Virus record (IMG/VR): IMGVR_UViG_3300037348_000049
Location: 1 to 64,000 of that record
Direction: 5' to 3' (one strand)
Length of the DNA stretch: 64,000 nt
Source of the DNA: a virus
Of the stretch, positions 56,201-64,000 are shown piece by piece. The notes under the pieces were generated by a model. That model was not told the origin of the DNA and did no database searches. It was given only the letters and a program-made list of their open reading frames with translations. Position 1 is the stretch's first letter. Each line of letters opens with the position of its first letter. A program made the translations under genes and the position numbers.

Positions 56201-59067
56201 TTTCCATTAATCTGCGTAGTGGCTAACTGGTGCGCAATTCCGGTGCTAAAACTAGTTAATGGAATAGTTATACCAGCGGCTGCATTTTCTGCCGAACTTG
56301 AGAGTTTTATGTAATCCTTATTAATAGATACTACGTAGTAACTTACGCCATCAACCATACCGCCGATGTCTGTGGCAGAATCTCCCTGGGTATATATGAC
56401 TTCAGTGCCAGTAATGAATCCGTGTGACTCTAAGAAAATTTCATCTAGATTCAGATCCAGTGATGAGCGAGGGTTGAATACTTTCTCAATTCTAGGAACT
56501 GTTCCACTTGCTAGTACAGTAAACTTCTTCTTGTTGCCGTCTACCTCAGAGTCCTTGATCTCATAAATGCCGTCAGGAGTCTTGCTCAATGAGCGCAGTG
56601 AGTGGGTGCCTACTGCTGCAGGGGTGTCTGTAAGATCTACCGCGGTTCCTTCGACTGCATCTGCAGGTGTTACAGCAAGCTTGATGTTATCGCCATTAAC
56701 AAATATCACGTAGTAAGGAGTAGCTGTAGTCAGCCCATCTACTACTTGCTGTCCTTTAGAATCGTACTCCACTAGCTCTCCGGCAAGGAATCCATGGCCC
56801 GGTAGCGTGATGGTGTCTAATTCAAAGTTAAGAGAGGTAATTGTTAGCGAGTGCACGCCAGTAGATGTTGCAGTCAAGTTTATTACCGTACTAATTTCAA
56901 GATTTTGATTCTGTGTCAGCTTAATTAAGCTGGAATCTACCTTTATTATGTAGTATGTTTCGCCATCTACAAGTCCACCAATCACTGGATTTGCTCCAGG
57001 GGAATAGACAACACTTTGTCCAGACACAAGTCCGTGGTTAGGAATGTACAAAGTATCTTCTGGAAGGTTTACAGTCAAGAATATGAATGAGTGACCTGTC
57101 CCTGTTCCTGCGCTAACAAAATTGATGTTGGTTGGTGCATCTAAGGATGCCTTTAGCTTAATCTGGTCAATACTGACCACCTCTGCAACATAGTACGTAC
57201 TGGCTTCTTGCAGTGGGATAATAGGAGTCCCCCCGTTTGTGCTATATGTAAGAGGCTGATCTACCAAGAATCCGTGGCTAGGAATTGTTAGGGTTTCGGT
57301 AATAGTGTTAACTACCACCCTACTCAGAGTGTCACTACCTAAAGTTGTGTAACTAGATGGAATCGTAAAATCTAGTAATGAATAATTTGGTGCAGGTGTT
57401 GTACTCAATTGGAAAGAGTAAGCGTTAACTGTTTTTACGTAATATATGGTATCGTCGTTAATGCCCTCTGGTGATGTGCCCTGAAACCCATAAATAATAG
57501 CCTCGCCGTCACTTAAAGTGTGTGGTGTAGAGCTGTGTATGACGTCAGCTTCTATATCTAACGAAATTGGTACAACTGAGTGGTATGAGGTTCCTCGAGG
57601 GGCTATTTCAATAATATTAGTATTATTTGCAGCGTCTGTTGCAGTAGGGTGGACTGTGTTACCGGTAGTAAATGAAGTTTCTAGTGTTACTGAAACCTGC
57701 CCATCTGCTGTTGACTTGTACGAACTCAAATTTGTTATTGGCACACCGTTAAATGTGTTTTGGGTGTCATAAGTACCGTTAGATGTACCAACAAGAGTTG
57801 CAGTCGGGGTAATGAATATACCGCCACCACCACCAGTAGAGTTTGCTGCAGTGTTCCTTGAACCAGCTCCACCGGAGTATCCTCCAGCCCCGCCTGATTG
57901 CCCACGGAAAACACCATCAGCCTGAGCACCTCCGCCAAACCCGCCGTACCCGCCGCTTCGCGCGTTTGTGTCCATGGTCAATCCGCTGTTGAAGCCGCCT
58001 CCACCGTTGGCGATAACTTGACCATTATTGAATGATGCAGTTCCTCCATTAGTCAAGAAGCCACCGCCACCACCGGAGTAGCCACCACCGGACAGTCCGC
58101 CCTGCCCAGGATTTGTTCCAGCACTACCATTAGTAGAGGAAGACCCTCCAATTCTTCCCATCGAAGCATCAGCTCCATTAGTCGTATTTGAATCAGCCGA
58201 ACCGCCGCCTGCGACGAATAGTGGCTCGTTACCAGCTTTACGGACCACAAAGGTTCCGCCTCCTGAGCCTCCGTATAGATCTGCTGATGTAGGACCGCTA
58301 CCTGTTTGGCCTACAGCAATAGTTATTACCTCACCTTTAGTTAGGGCTACCCTGCCCGTAACAACTGCTCCTCGACCGGCTGTTCCTGAACCCGAGCCGT
58401 TGTATCCGGGGGCACCGGAGAGATTGAAGGTATAATTACCTGATACCGGTACAGTCCAGTCCTGGTAGCCCTGGAAAGCGCCTTGGCTCAAGTACAAATC
58501 ATCCCAAGGGGTGTTGTACGCTGTGCGCATTTGCTGCTGGTCCGGCCCAGTCCTACCTGTCACTCCACAGCTAGTAAAAGTGTGATTTGTGAAACTGTAC
58601 AAAGATTGAGACCCAGAAAATTCTGAGATGGATACGTTTCTTAGGAAGTACGTTTCCCCGCTAGTCATTCCATCTATGGGGTCACCGTTTGTAATGTACT
58701 TTACTGCTTGATTGTCTGGAGTAGATCCATCAATGTTCAACTTATTAGCGTAAACAACTGGGGAGTTAAACGTCACTCCTCCAGGGGTGCTGTCAGTTAT
58801 TGGTATGGGAGCCCCTCCAGCAGTTGCGCTAAAAGTAAGTTTCTTTGGTTGTTCAGTTGTTACGTAGAACAAATCGCCATCAGTAACTCCTAAGATCGAA
58901 CCAACAGCAGAGTTGTATATAAAGGTTGTACCAACCGTGAAGGTGTCGGGTATTTGATTCTCTGGGTCTTGGTTCTTGAAGTATATGTAGTCATCGTCAA
59001 AGTTAACGTTAGTCTTGGAAAAGGAGTGTTCGCCTGCAAGACCAATAGTTGTGATGTCAACTGCCAT
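53233..59067 (-). CDS. 1944-aa probable virion protein: ALK/LTK-like glycine-rich domain, about 9-10 beta-barrel repeats, C-terminal lectin-like region
   Basis: HTFTSCGVTGRTGP...GYQDWTVP...VAGGG; repeated HG[FL]..G..V.Y....GL.DG..YYV units; RQTRKYFRYQSGKG and YSWYGAGKIRFG. Confidence 0.7.
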   Translation of the reverse strand: MAVDITTIGLAGEHSFSKTNVNFDDDYIYFKNQDPENQIPDTFTVGTTFIYNSAVGSILGVTDGDLFYVTTEQPKKLTFSATAGGAPIPITDSTPGGVTFNSPVVYANKLNIDGSTPDNQAVKYITNGDPIDGMTSGETYFLRNVSISEFSGSQSLYSFTNHTFTSCGVTGRTGPDQQQMRTAYNTPWDDLYLSQGAFQGYQDWTVPVSGNYTFNLSGAPGYNGSGSGTAGRGAVVTGRVALTKGEVITIAVGQTGSGPTSADLYGGSGGGTFVVRKAGNEPLFVAGGGSADSNTTNGADASMGRIGGSSSTNGSAGTNPGQGGLSGGGYSGGGGGFLTNGGTASFNNGQVIANGGGGFNSGLTMDTNARSGGYGGFGGGAQADGVFRGQSGGAGGYSGGAGSRNTAANSTGGGGGIFITPTATLVGTSNGTYDTQNTFNGVPITNLSSYKSTADGQVSVTLETSFTTGNTVHPTATDAANNTNIIEIAPRGTSYHSVVPISLDIEADVIHSSTPHTLSDGEAIIYGFQGTSPEGINDDTIYYVKTVNAYSFQLSTTPAPNYSLLDFTIPSSYTTLGSDTLSRVVVNTITETLTIPSHGFLVDQPLTYSTNGGTPIIPLQEASTYYVAEVVSIDQIKLKASLDAPTNINFVSAGTGTGHSFIFLTVNLPEDTLYIPNHGLVSGQSVVYSPGANPVIGGLVDGETYYIIKVDSSLIKLTQNQNLEISTVINLTATSTGVHSLTITSLNFELDTITLPGHGFLAGELVEYDSKGQQVVDGLTTATPYYVIFVNGDNIKLAVTPADAVEGTAVDLTDTPAAVGTHSLRSLSKTPDGIYEIKDSEVDGNKKKFTVLASGTVPRIEKVFNPRSSLDLNLDEIFLESHGFITGTEVIYTQGDSATDIGGMVDGVSYYVVSINKDYIKLSSSAENAAAGITIPLTSFSTGIAHQLATTQINGNITGGGSASVNAGSVLVTGVGTSFSKILKVGDRFRLFPPNIIKQIVFSSADVSEVTDIITKDNTFTTGETVKFEAVGGQPPAPLVDGYYYFVRAISATQITLHNTKNDADNNLNTVNISSVGSGTDFHLTFTAPIGAIIRKITAIGSDTQITVDRPYANEFSEASYTYPTFLYVRPQGYALHRPFDGGVEMSVGAGTSLGQIVRQTRKYFRYQSGKGIQTSAGLNFKPSIDLESMNRFSTTQIICKTRRPHGLISGLFIVVDQSESSDGNLSALYNGEFQVTVDDLTTFRINAVGEVPAGVESRAYGFPQFNVREWTNGAIRSGMFDFQNGMFYEFDGQQMYAVRRSSTQQLAGSVSCLQGSELVFGTNTAFTAQLVVGDYIVLRGQTYRVADIESDTRLTIRPEYKGASGVQKEFDPGNGTAGAVRLASDTFQLVGHGFSQGIPVIYDSIDGEQIGGLINGNTYYVDLIDNNSFKLKAAPDAESNVDLSSVGTTAIHALTPAKSGIIVTKTVDVRVPQTDWSIDPCDGTGKTGYNLDVSRIQMVYIDYSWYGAGKIRFGFKTTGGQVEYIHEFVHNNQLYESYFRSGNMPARYEVITYNDPTYIPSLFHWGTSVIMDGKFDDDRAYLFTASSQSLPVLGTTAKSFSSQGIDAAENTITIANHGFRNGDQLQFEGVATDGLPGLNVQMPGTTNVENANAFDNLQNSRVYDSLIIDDNTVMLVPDNVFGNAISTTQQAGVTVTVVTSVAHLLTDQMAVKIVGSTRVPNGVYKVKASSNATTFTYDVPTTETATVAVGADSAAKIYQGVDFTSQGNSQYTYFLYPNGSLNNTSGPNYQPLISIRLSPSVSEGLTGKLGDRDIINRMQLRLQEVGISSTRLIDVKLLLNGRLNNLNFQSVNAPSLVQIVEHTPADTISGGVQVYNFRAAGGQGGQEESTTVDVNDLFELSNSILGGDSTFPDGPDILTIAVSRLTAADTTTGAKLTWTEAQA

Positions 59068-59092
59068 TTTTTATCCTTCTAGTTGCGTTGTG

Positions 59093-61825
59093 TTAAAGTC
59101 TTGTGATGTTTACTCGACCATTGCCATAAGAGGCTTGGTTTGAGTTAGATTGGTTGTTACCACCATTGTATGAGCCGCCGCCGCCTGCTGAGGAAGACCA
59201 GTATGATCCACTACCACCGGAGTACCCGCCGCCGCCGCCAGCGCCATAGTAGGTGCTGTAATAGCCTGCGCCTCCTCCAAAGCCTCCTCCGTTGTTCCCT
59301 CCAGTACCATTTGAGTTAGCAAACGCATAACCTTGACTAGGAGAACCGCCACCATCGCCATAGAATCCGCCGCCACCGCATCGTCCCCAAGTGCCACCGC
59401 CACCATTACCATTGCTACCGCCACCAAAGTTATAACCTTGGCCATTCGTGCCGGTAGTAGCATGTCGTTGGTTATAGTTGCTTGGAGCACCACCACCACC
59501 ACCACCTGAAACGATCATAGGGCTAGTGTTGGATGTTGCAACGAAAGTCCCACCACCACCAGCAGTCGAGGCATATTGGCTTTGACCAACTTGACCACAG
59601 ACAATTTGGATTACGTCACCCTGAGTTAGATTGAAGTCACCGCGCATCCGAGTTCCTGCGCCGCCTTGTGAGCCCCAACCGTATGCATAACCTCCCACAG
59701 CACCATACGTCTCTATTCTGTATGTAGCGTTTTGAGGAACTGTCCATCGCTGATATCCAGCTTTAGTCATGTTCAAGAACGAATTAGCCCATGAAGGATT
59801 TCCTACACCGCTGCGAGCTTGGGCGATGCTTGGACCGTTGGTATCACTCCTGCCGCCGTTGTTGAAAGTTGCAGAGTTGAAGGAATAAAGGAATGGTGGC
59901 TGATTGAACTGATACAAGTGGGTCTGAAATCCAGTATTTCCTTGTGAGTCTGTAATAGTAATGACAACTTCTCTACCAGGCTCTGGGATAATTTCCTGAG
60001 AAGTTCCAGACACCACTCCAGTTGAAGTATTTAGGGTTAAGCCAGTAGGAAGAGATCCAGAAGTAACCGCGAAAGTGTAAGGTGCGGTGAAGCCAATTAC
60101 CGTCATCTCGGTAGGCGTAATTGGGTTAGTCTGAGCATCAGTTCCTGTGCGGTTTATGTTGCGCGGCACTAATTCGCCGATGCTAGAAAGGACGTCAAAG
60201 TTATGCTGATCGTATCTAGTATCTACGAAATAAAAATTAACTTCATCTAGGGCAGCGTCAGCAACATCAAACCTACCGGAGACTGGAAAAGAGTAGCGAA
60301 TCATATCGCCCTCTTCGTAGCCGTGATCCTTTATGTGGAAAATGTTTTTATCTACCGATATTCCTGCTTCGGTGAATTTTTCAATTCCGCTCCCGCCGCT
60401 AATCGTGGGAACTGGGTCGGAAGTTGGTAAGCTTCGTATAGTAAAACTGTAACGATTGGTGCTACCCTGCTGGAAGAAGCTGTCGATAAAGTAAGTAGTG
60501 TTCGCTGTCAAGCCGCTTGCGGCAACACCTGCCTGAGTAACAGTCGTGCCATCCTCCGCAAGTTCATCCTCAACCGTATAAAGCACCATGGTGCCCGAAT
60601 ACCATTGCCTATCGACATCCATAGGAGCGCCACCCTCGATGTCAACCGTAATGAGCGATCCGCTGTATGAAGACTGGATCCCAACATAACCATTTTCGTT
60701 AGCACCATCAAACACTTTGGGGGTGTCTTTCAAGATCGAGACAGTAGTTTCGGTTTCCAAGTTAATGTTATTTCCAGCAAATGTACGAGCTTGATTTGCA
60801 AGCTGGAATGTACCGCTAATTGTTGCTGGTAACTCAATAATGTCCCCGTTAGGCTTATCGCTAACGGTAAATGTGGTAGAACTCGTTGTTGAATCATCCG
60901 ATATGACTGATATAAAGACGACTCCACGGGGCCTGGTTGCAAAGAACCCACTTCCTGTAGTTATGCTGTAATAAAGTGGATCGCCTTTTTTAGAGAGTGA
61001 AAAGTTTTCAGTAGTGTGCGTCACTACGATTTGATTAGTGTCTGTTAATGTTTCTACCACAGTACTGATTGTGCCACCTACAACAGAGCTGTTGCTGTAG
61101 TCAATGTTAATAGTTGATAGGGTGTTTGATCCATCAAATGTCTGCGCTGTGGCAGAGTTTGAAGAATCAAAAGATCTAGAGGATGTGTTAGACGAATCAA
61201 ATTGCTGACTAATTGTAGAGTTTATGTTTAGAAAATAGAACGGTGTCTTTCTTCCAAATCCATGCGTAGAGTCAGTTGTCACAGTTAGGGTAGAAATTGG
61301 CTCAAAGTCAGTAACTAAACCAGCGGAATCGGATATTCTAATCTGAGAACCCTGGAAAAATTCACCTGTAACTATCGAGGAGTAAAGATCCTCGATGGAC
61401 AGTGTCTCTGCCTGGTCGTCTTTGCAGAGGTAAGTAAAAGTACTGGTATCTGGTATCGAGTTAATGATGTAAGCACCATCAGCAGTAATAGACTTGGTAC
61501 CCTGAACGTTAATGGGAATACCTGCGGCAAGTCCGTGATCAAGCTTTGTTTTTACTGTGATCTCTCGAGTACCAGCATTGGTAGTGATTGAGTTGATGCC
61601 ATCAATGGTAGTGTCGCCAGACTTAGAGAAGAATGACGGAGTATTGTTAATTAGCTCAACGGTCTCCCACTTGGTTGGCTGTAGTCCGTACTCAAAGTCG
61701 GTGTCAATCATTGTCTCAGGTTGAGACACACGTAGTTTTGTTACTGGGTCAATAAGTTCTTTTGGAAAACTGATTTCCCCGCCAGCGCCGCCGCCGCTAG
61801 TACTTCCACCAAGATATCCAGGCAT
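59093..61825 (-). CDS. 910-aa probable virion protein with putative Ig domain and C-terminal ALK/LTK-like glycine-rich domain
   Basis: KLRVSQPETMIDTDFEYGLQPTKWE N-terminus; FAVTSGSLPTGLTLNTSTGVVSGT (putative Ig); GYQRWTVPQ...GDVIQIVCGQ...GGGGYSGG. Confidence 0.7.
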   Translation of the reverse strand: MPGYLGGSTSGGGAGGEISFPKELIDPVTKLRVSQPETMIDTDFEYGLQPTKWETVELINNTPSFFSKSGDTTIDGINSITTNAGTREITVKTKLDHGLAAGIPINVQGTKSITADGAYIINSIPDTSTFTYLCKDDQAETLSIEDLYSSIVTGEFFQGSQIRISDSAGLVTDFEPISTLTVTTDSTHGFGRKTPFYFLNINSTISQQFDSSNTSSRSFDSSNSATAQTFDGSNTLSTINIDYSNSSVVGGTISTVVETLTDTNQIVVTHTTENFSLSKKGDPLYYSITTGSGFFATRPRGVVFISVISDDSTTSSTTFTVSDKPNGDIIELPATISGTFQLANQARTFAGNNINLETETTVSILKDTPKVFDGANENGYVGIQSSYSGSLITVDIEGGAPMDVDRQWYSGTMVLYTVEDELAEDGTTVTQAGVAASGLTANTTYFIDSFFQQGSTNRYSFTIRSLPTSDPVPTISGGSGIEKFTEAGISVDKNIFHIKDHGYEEGDMIRYSFPVSGRFDVADAALDEVNFYFVDTRYDQHNFDVLSSIGELVPRNINRTGTDAQTNPITPTEMTVIGFTAPYTFAVTSGSLPTGLTLNTSTGVVSGTSQEIIPEPGREVVITITDSQGNTGFQTHLYQFNQPPFLYSFNSATFNNGGRSDTNGPSIAQARSGVGNPSWANSFLNMTKAGYQRWTVPQNATYRIETYGAVGGYAYGWGSQGGAGTRMRGDFNLTQGDVIQIVCGQVGQSQYASTAGGGGTFVATSNTSPMIVSGGGGGGAPSNYNQRHATTGTNGQGYNFGGGSNGNGGGGTWGRCGGGGFYGDGGGSPSQGYAFANSNGTGGNNGGGFGGGAGYYSTYYGAGGGGGYSGGSGSYWSSSAGGGGSYNGGNNQSNSNQASYGNGRVNITRL

Positions 61826-61871
61826 TTAAAAACGTCCTTTTCCTACAATTGCTACGAGAGGTCTGATTAAA

Positions 61872-63998
61872 TTATACACCGAACCACCAAGCTTGAGACA
61901 GAGCGTATTGTCCCGAAATACCTTGCGGTCCAGTTGGTCCAATGTTACCTGATGCAACTTCAACAAATACACCGTTAAATAGTACATAAGTTTTAGCATC
62001 TTGAGTATTGAACCAAGCAACACCGTCTGTTATGCTGTTTATATCTGGTTGAATACTAGTTGTGAGAAACTTTCCAACACTTCCTTCTGGCCCTGTTGGT
62101 CCAGTCGGGCCATCCACACCAGCCACCCCTCCTGGCCCTGTGGCACCAATTGGGCCTAAGTAGTTTCCGGTAAATATCCAGGTAGCACCATTCCACACAT
62201 AAATTGAGCCCTCGGCTTGGACGTAATACGCGTCACTAGGTGCTGCGGTTCCTGGTAATTGATTTGTTGTTAAAACTGTACCGAGAACATTTAGGGAGAC
62301 ACCTTGCGGCCCAGAAGGACCCGTAGAACCAGTAGGTCCAGTCGGACCAGTAGGGCCTAAATCACCCTGAGGTCCAAGAAGCCCTTGAGGACCTACTAGC
62401 CCCTGAGGACCCGTTGGGCCTTGATCACCAGTAGAGCCTGTAGGGCCAGTTGGTCCAAGATCACCCTGAGATCCCACGTCACCCTGAGGTCCAACAATTT
62501 GACCTACGTTCGACCAAGAACTCCCACCCCACACAAAGAGGTCACCAATATCTTGAACAACATACGCGTCATTTATGTCGTTAGTTATAATCGAAGCTGC
62601 ACTACTCCCGCCAAGAGCTGGTGTTGATTCCGAAACATAGTATAAAACTTCAGGAGCATCTTCAGGGACGACAAATATTAACGAGCCATTAGTGCCTGCG
62701 GTTCCAGAATAAACAACTCCGCTGGTATACGCGAAGTCAATCACTCCACCCACTGCTGAGTGGTGGCCGTCTTGACTTTCAGATAGGTATATTTTATTTC
62801 CCGCATTGGATGCAGCCGACTGCGAGAAAACATAAGTTCCACCGCGGTGCATAAACAGGTTGGAAGTTAGCTCTCCTCCAATATAAAACTTATTTCCTTC
62901 TTCTGTAGATTCAACTGTTACTACAAATGTAACTGAAGAAGTAGATGATGGCAAAAAGTTAGAGGAGGGTACTGATCCCAATAAACTTATAGCGGTACCC
63001 TGAGGACCAGTTGGACCAGTAGGGCCTAAATCACCCTGAGGTCCAACATCACCTGTAAATTGAGCAACGGAATTCCATGCAGTGCCGTCCCAAATATATA
63101 CAAAGCTATCTTCTAGAACAACATACGCGTCATTGTCCTGATTACCAGTAAGTGGGAGGTTACTCACTGTAGAGATAGGCCCGATTAGATTTACTGGCAA
63201 CCCACGAGGACCAGTAGGGCCTAAATCACCCTGAGGTCCAACAATTTGACCTGAATCGGTCCAAGACGTGCCGCCCCAGAAATATAAATTACCGTCTTGA
63301 TCTACAATTCTTGTGTCGTTTAAGGAGTTTCCACTAGAAGGCAGATCTCCAAATGTGGCAACAGAGCCTTTAAGTGTCAGGTCAACGCCACGAGAACCTG
63401 TTGGGCCAAGGTCACCCTGAACACCCTGTGGGCCAGTGGCACCTACGTTACCAGTAAGACCTATAGAGCCAGTGGCACCCGTTGCACCCGTCTGACCTGT
63501 AGCACCAATTGGACCTTGTACGCCAGTTGAGCCAGTTGGACCCATTGGTCCAGCAACACCGGTTAGGCCAGTTGCACCTGTTGGGCCCCTGTCTCCAATA
63601 AACTGACCTGCGGAGACCCAGTTGGTTCCGTCCCAAATATATAAATTACTTGTTGCTGCTACAGCAAGAGCATCGTTAGTATTGTTGCCGAGCAGGGGTA
63701 GGTCTTCTTCAGTATTTACAGAGCCTCTAATGTTTATAGAAGACCCTGTTGCACCTGTTGGTCCAGCTAGACCAATGTCTCCATCATTACCCGTTGGCCC
63801 CTGAGGACCAGTCGGTCCTACGTCACCCTGAGGTCCTGTTGAGCCAATCGCTCCTACGTCACCCTGAGTACCTGTTGGACCTATGGGGCCTCCAACTCCT
63901 TGTGCACCTGTTAATCCAGTATCACCCTGAGACCCCTTAAGGGCCAAAATCTGCCATTGGACACTGCCCTGGGGCACCTCTCCAGTAGTTGTATCAAG
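61872..63998 (-). CDS. 5'-truncated collagen-like modular fibre protein
   Basis: The frame stays open past the tracked GTG at 63977 to the window end ([11 protein letters not shown]); G-X-Y runs, five spacer modules and one cupredoxin-like insert. Confidence 0.85.
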   Translation of the reverse strand, partial: LDTTTGEVPQGSVQWQILALKGSQGDTGLTGAQGVGGPIGPTGTQGDVGAIGSTGPQGDVGPTGPQGPTGNDGDIGLAGPTGATGSSINIRGSVNTEEDLPLLGNNTNDALAVAATSNLYIWDGTNWVSAGQFIGDRGPTGATGLTGVAGPMGPTGSTGVQGPIGATGQTGATGATGSIGLTGNVGATGPQGVQGDLGPTGSRGVDLTLKGSVATFGDLPSSGNSLNDTRIVDQDGNLYFWGGTSWTDSGQIVGPQGDLGPTGPRGLPVNLIGPISTVSNLPLTGNQDNDAYVVLEDSFVYIWDGTAWNSVAQFTGDVGPQGDLGPTGPTGPQGTAISLLGSVPSSNFLPSSTSSVTFVVTVESTEEGNKFYIGGELTSNLFMHRGGTYVFSQSAASNAGNKIYLSESQDGHHSAVGGVIDFAYTSGVVYSGTAGTNGSLIFVVPEDAPEVLYYVSESTPALGGSSAASIITNDINDAYVVQDIGDLFVWGGSSWSNVGQIVGPQGDVGSQGDLGPTGPTGSTGDQGPTGPQGLVGPQGLLGPQGDLGPTGPTGPTGSTGPSGPQGVSLNVLGTVLTTNQLPGTAAPSDAYYVQAEGSIYVWNGATWIFTGNYLGPIGATGPGGVAGVDGPTGPTGPEGSVGKFLTTSIQPDINSITDGVAWFNTQDAKTYVLFNGVFVEVASGNIGPTGPQGISGQYALSQAWWFGV

Positions 63999-64000
63999 AG

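Noticed and set aside
47093-62518. 43-nt duplicated block as a DGR template/variable repeat pair
   Set aside because: Too short, no adenine-specific mismatches, not at a gene 3' end, and no reverse transcriptase in the window.
43149-63940. Many short plus-strand PVGPVGP-type ORFs
   Set aside because: Antisense reading of collagen G-X-Y codons yields stop-poor frames; no independent coding signals.
1-64000. tRNA, rRNA, integrase, transposase, terminase, portal, endolysin, introns/inteins
   Set aside because: No T-loop/cloverleaf patterns or diagnostic motifs noticed by eye. PolA, helicase and primase read as continuous with no intein-sized insert. A tRNAscan/HMM run would be needed to exclude them formally.

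Overview
This is a 64-kb slice of a large tailed dsDNA phage, most likely a siphovirus of an Actinobacterial host. The host call rests on a WhiB gene and a head/tail gene order like the mycobacteriophage cluster-B/Rosebush type. Plus strand 1-38.4 kb carries the 3' end of a giant polyvalent-type protein, a multi-domain prohead protease, two capsid proteins, and tail genes through a tail spike with an S74 chaperone. It then continues into a replication/recombination block: PolA, RuvC-like nuclease, SNF2 helicase, Cas4-like nuclease, Sak4-like ATPase, SSB, WhiB and a primase-D5 helicase. Minus strand 38.4-64 kb is a convergent arm: five collagen-like (G-P-T-rich) modular fibre genes, two large glycine-rich/beta-repeat proteins, a subtilisin, an FN3 protein, a metallophosphoesterase and a GT2-TPR glycosyltransferase. 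Genes at both window ends are truncated. I saw no terminase, portal, endolysin, integrase, tRNA, CRISPR array or reverse transcriptase. The best leads are: (1) the collagen-fibre, glycosyltransferase and subtilisin arm as a possible glycosylated virion fibre coat; (2) a well-formed -1 frameshift signal at 1661-1690 that would fuse the first two ORFs; (3) an intact type-1 copper motif and ALK/LTK-like glycine-rich domains on putative virion proteins; (4) a structured leader in front of the capsid gene. All product calls come from reading motifs by eye; no database search was run.
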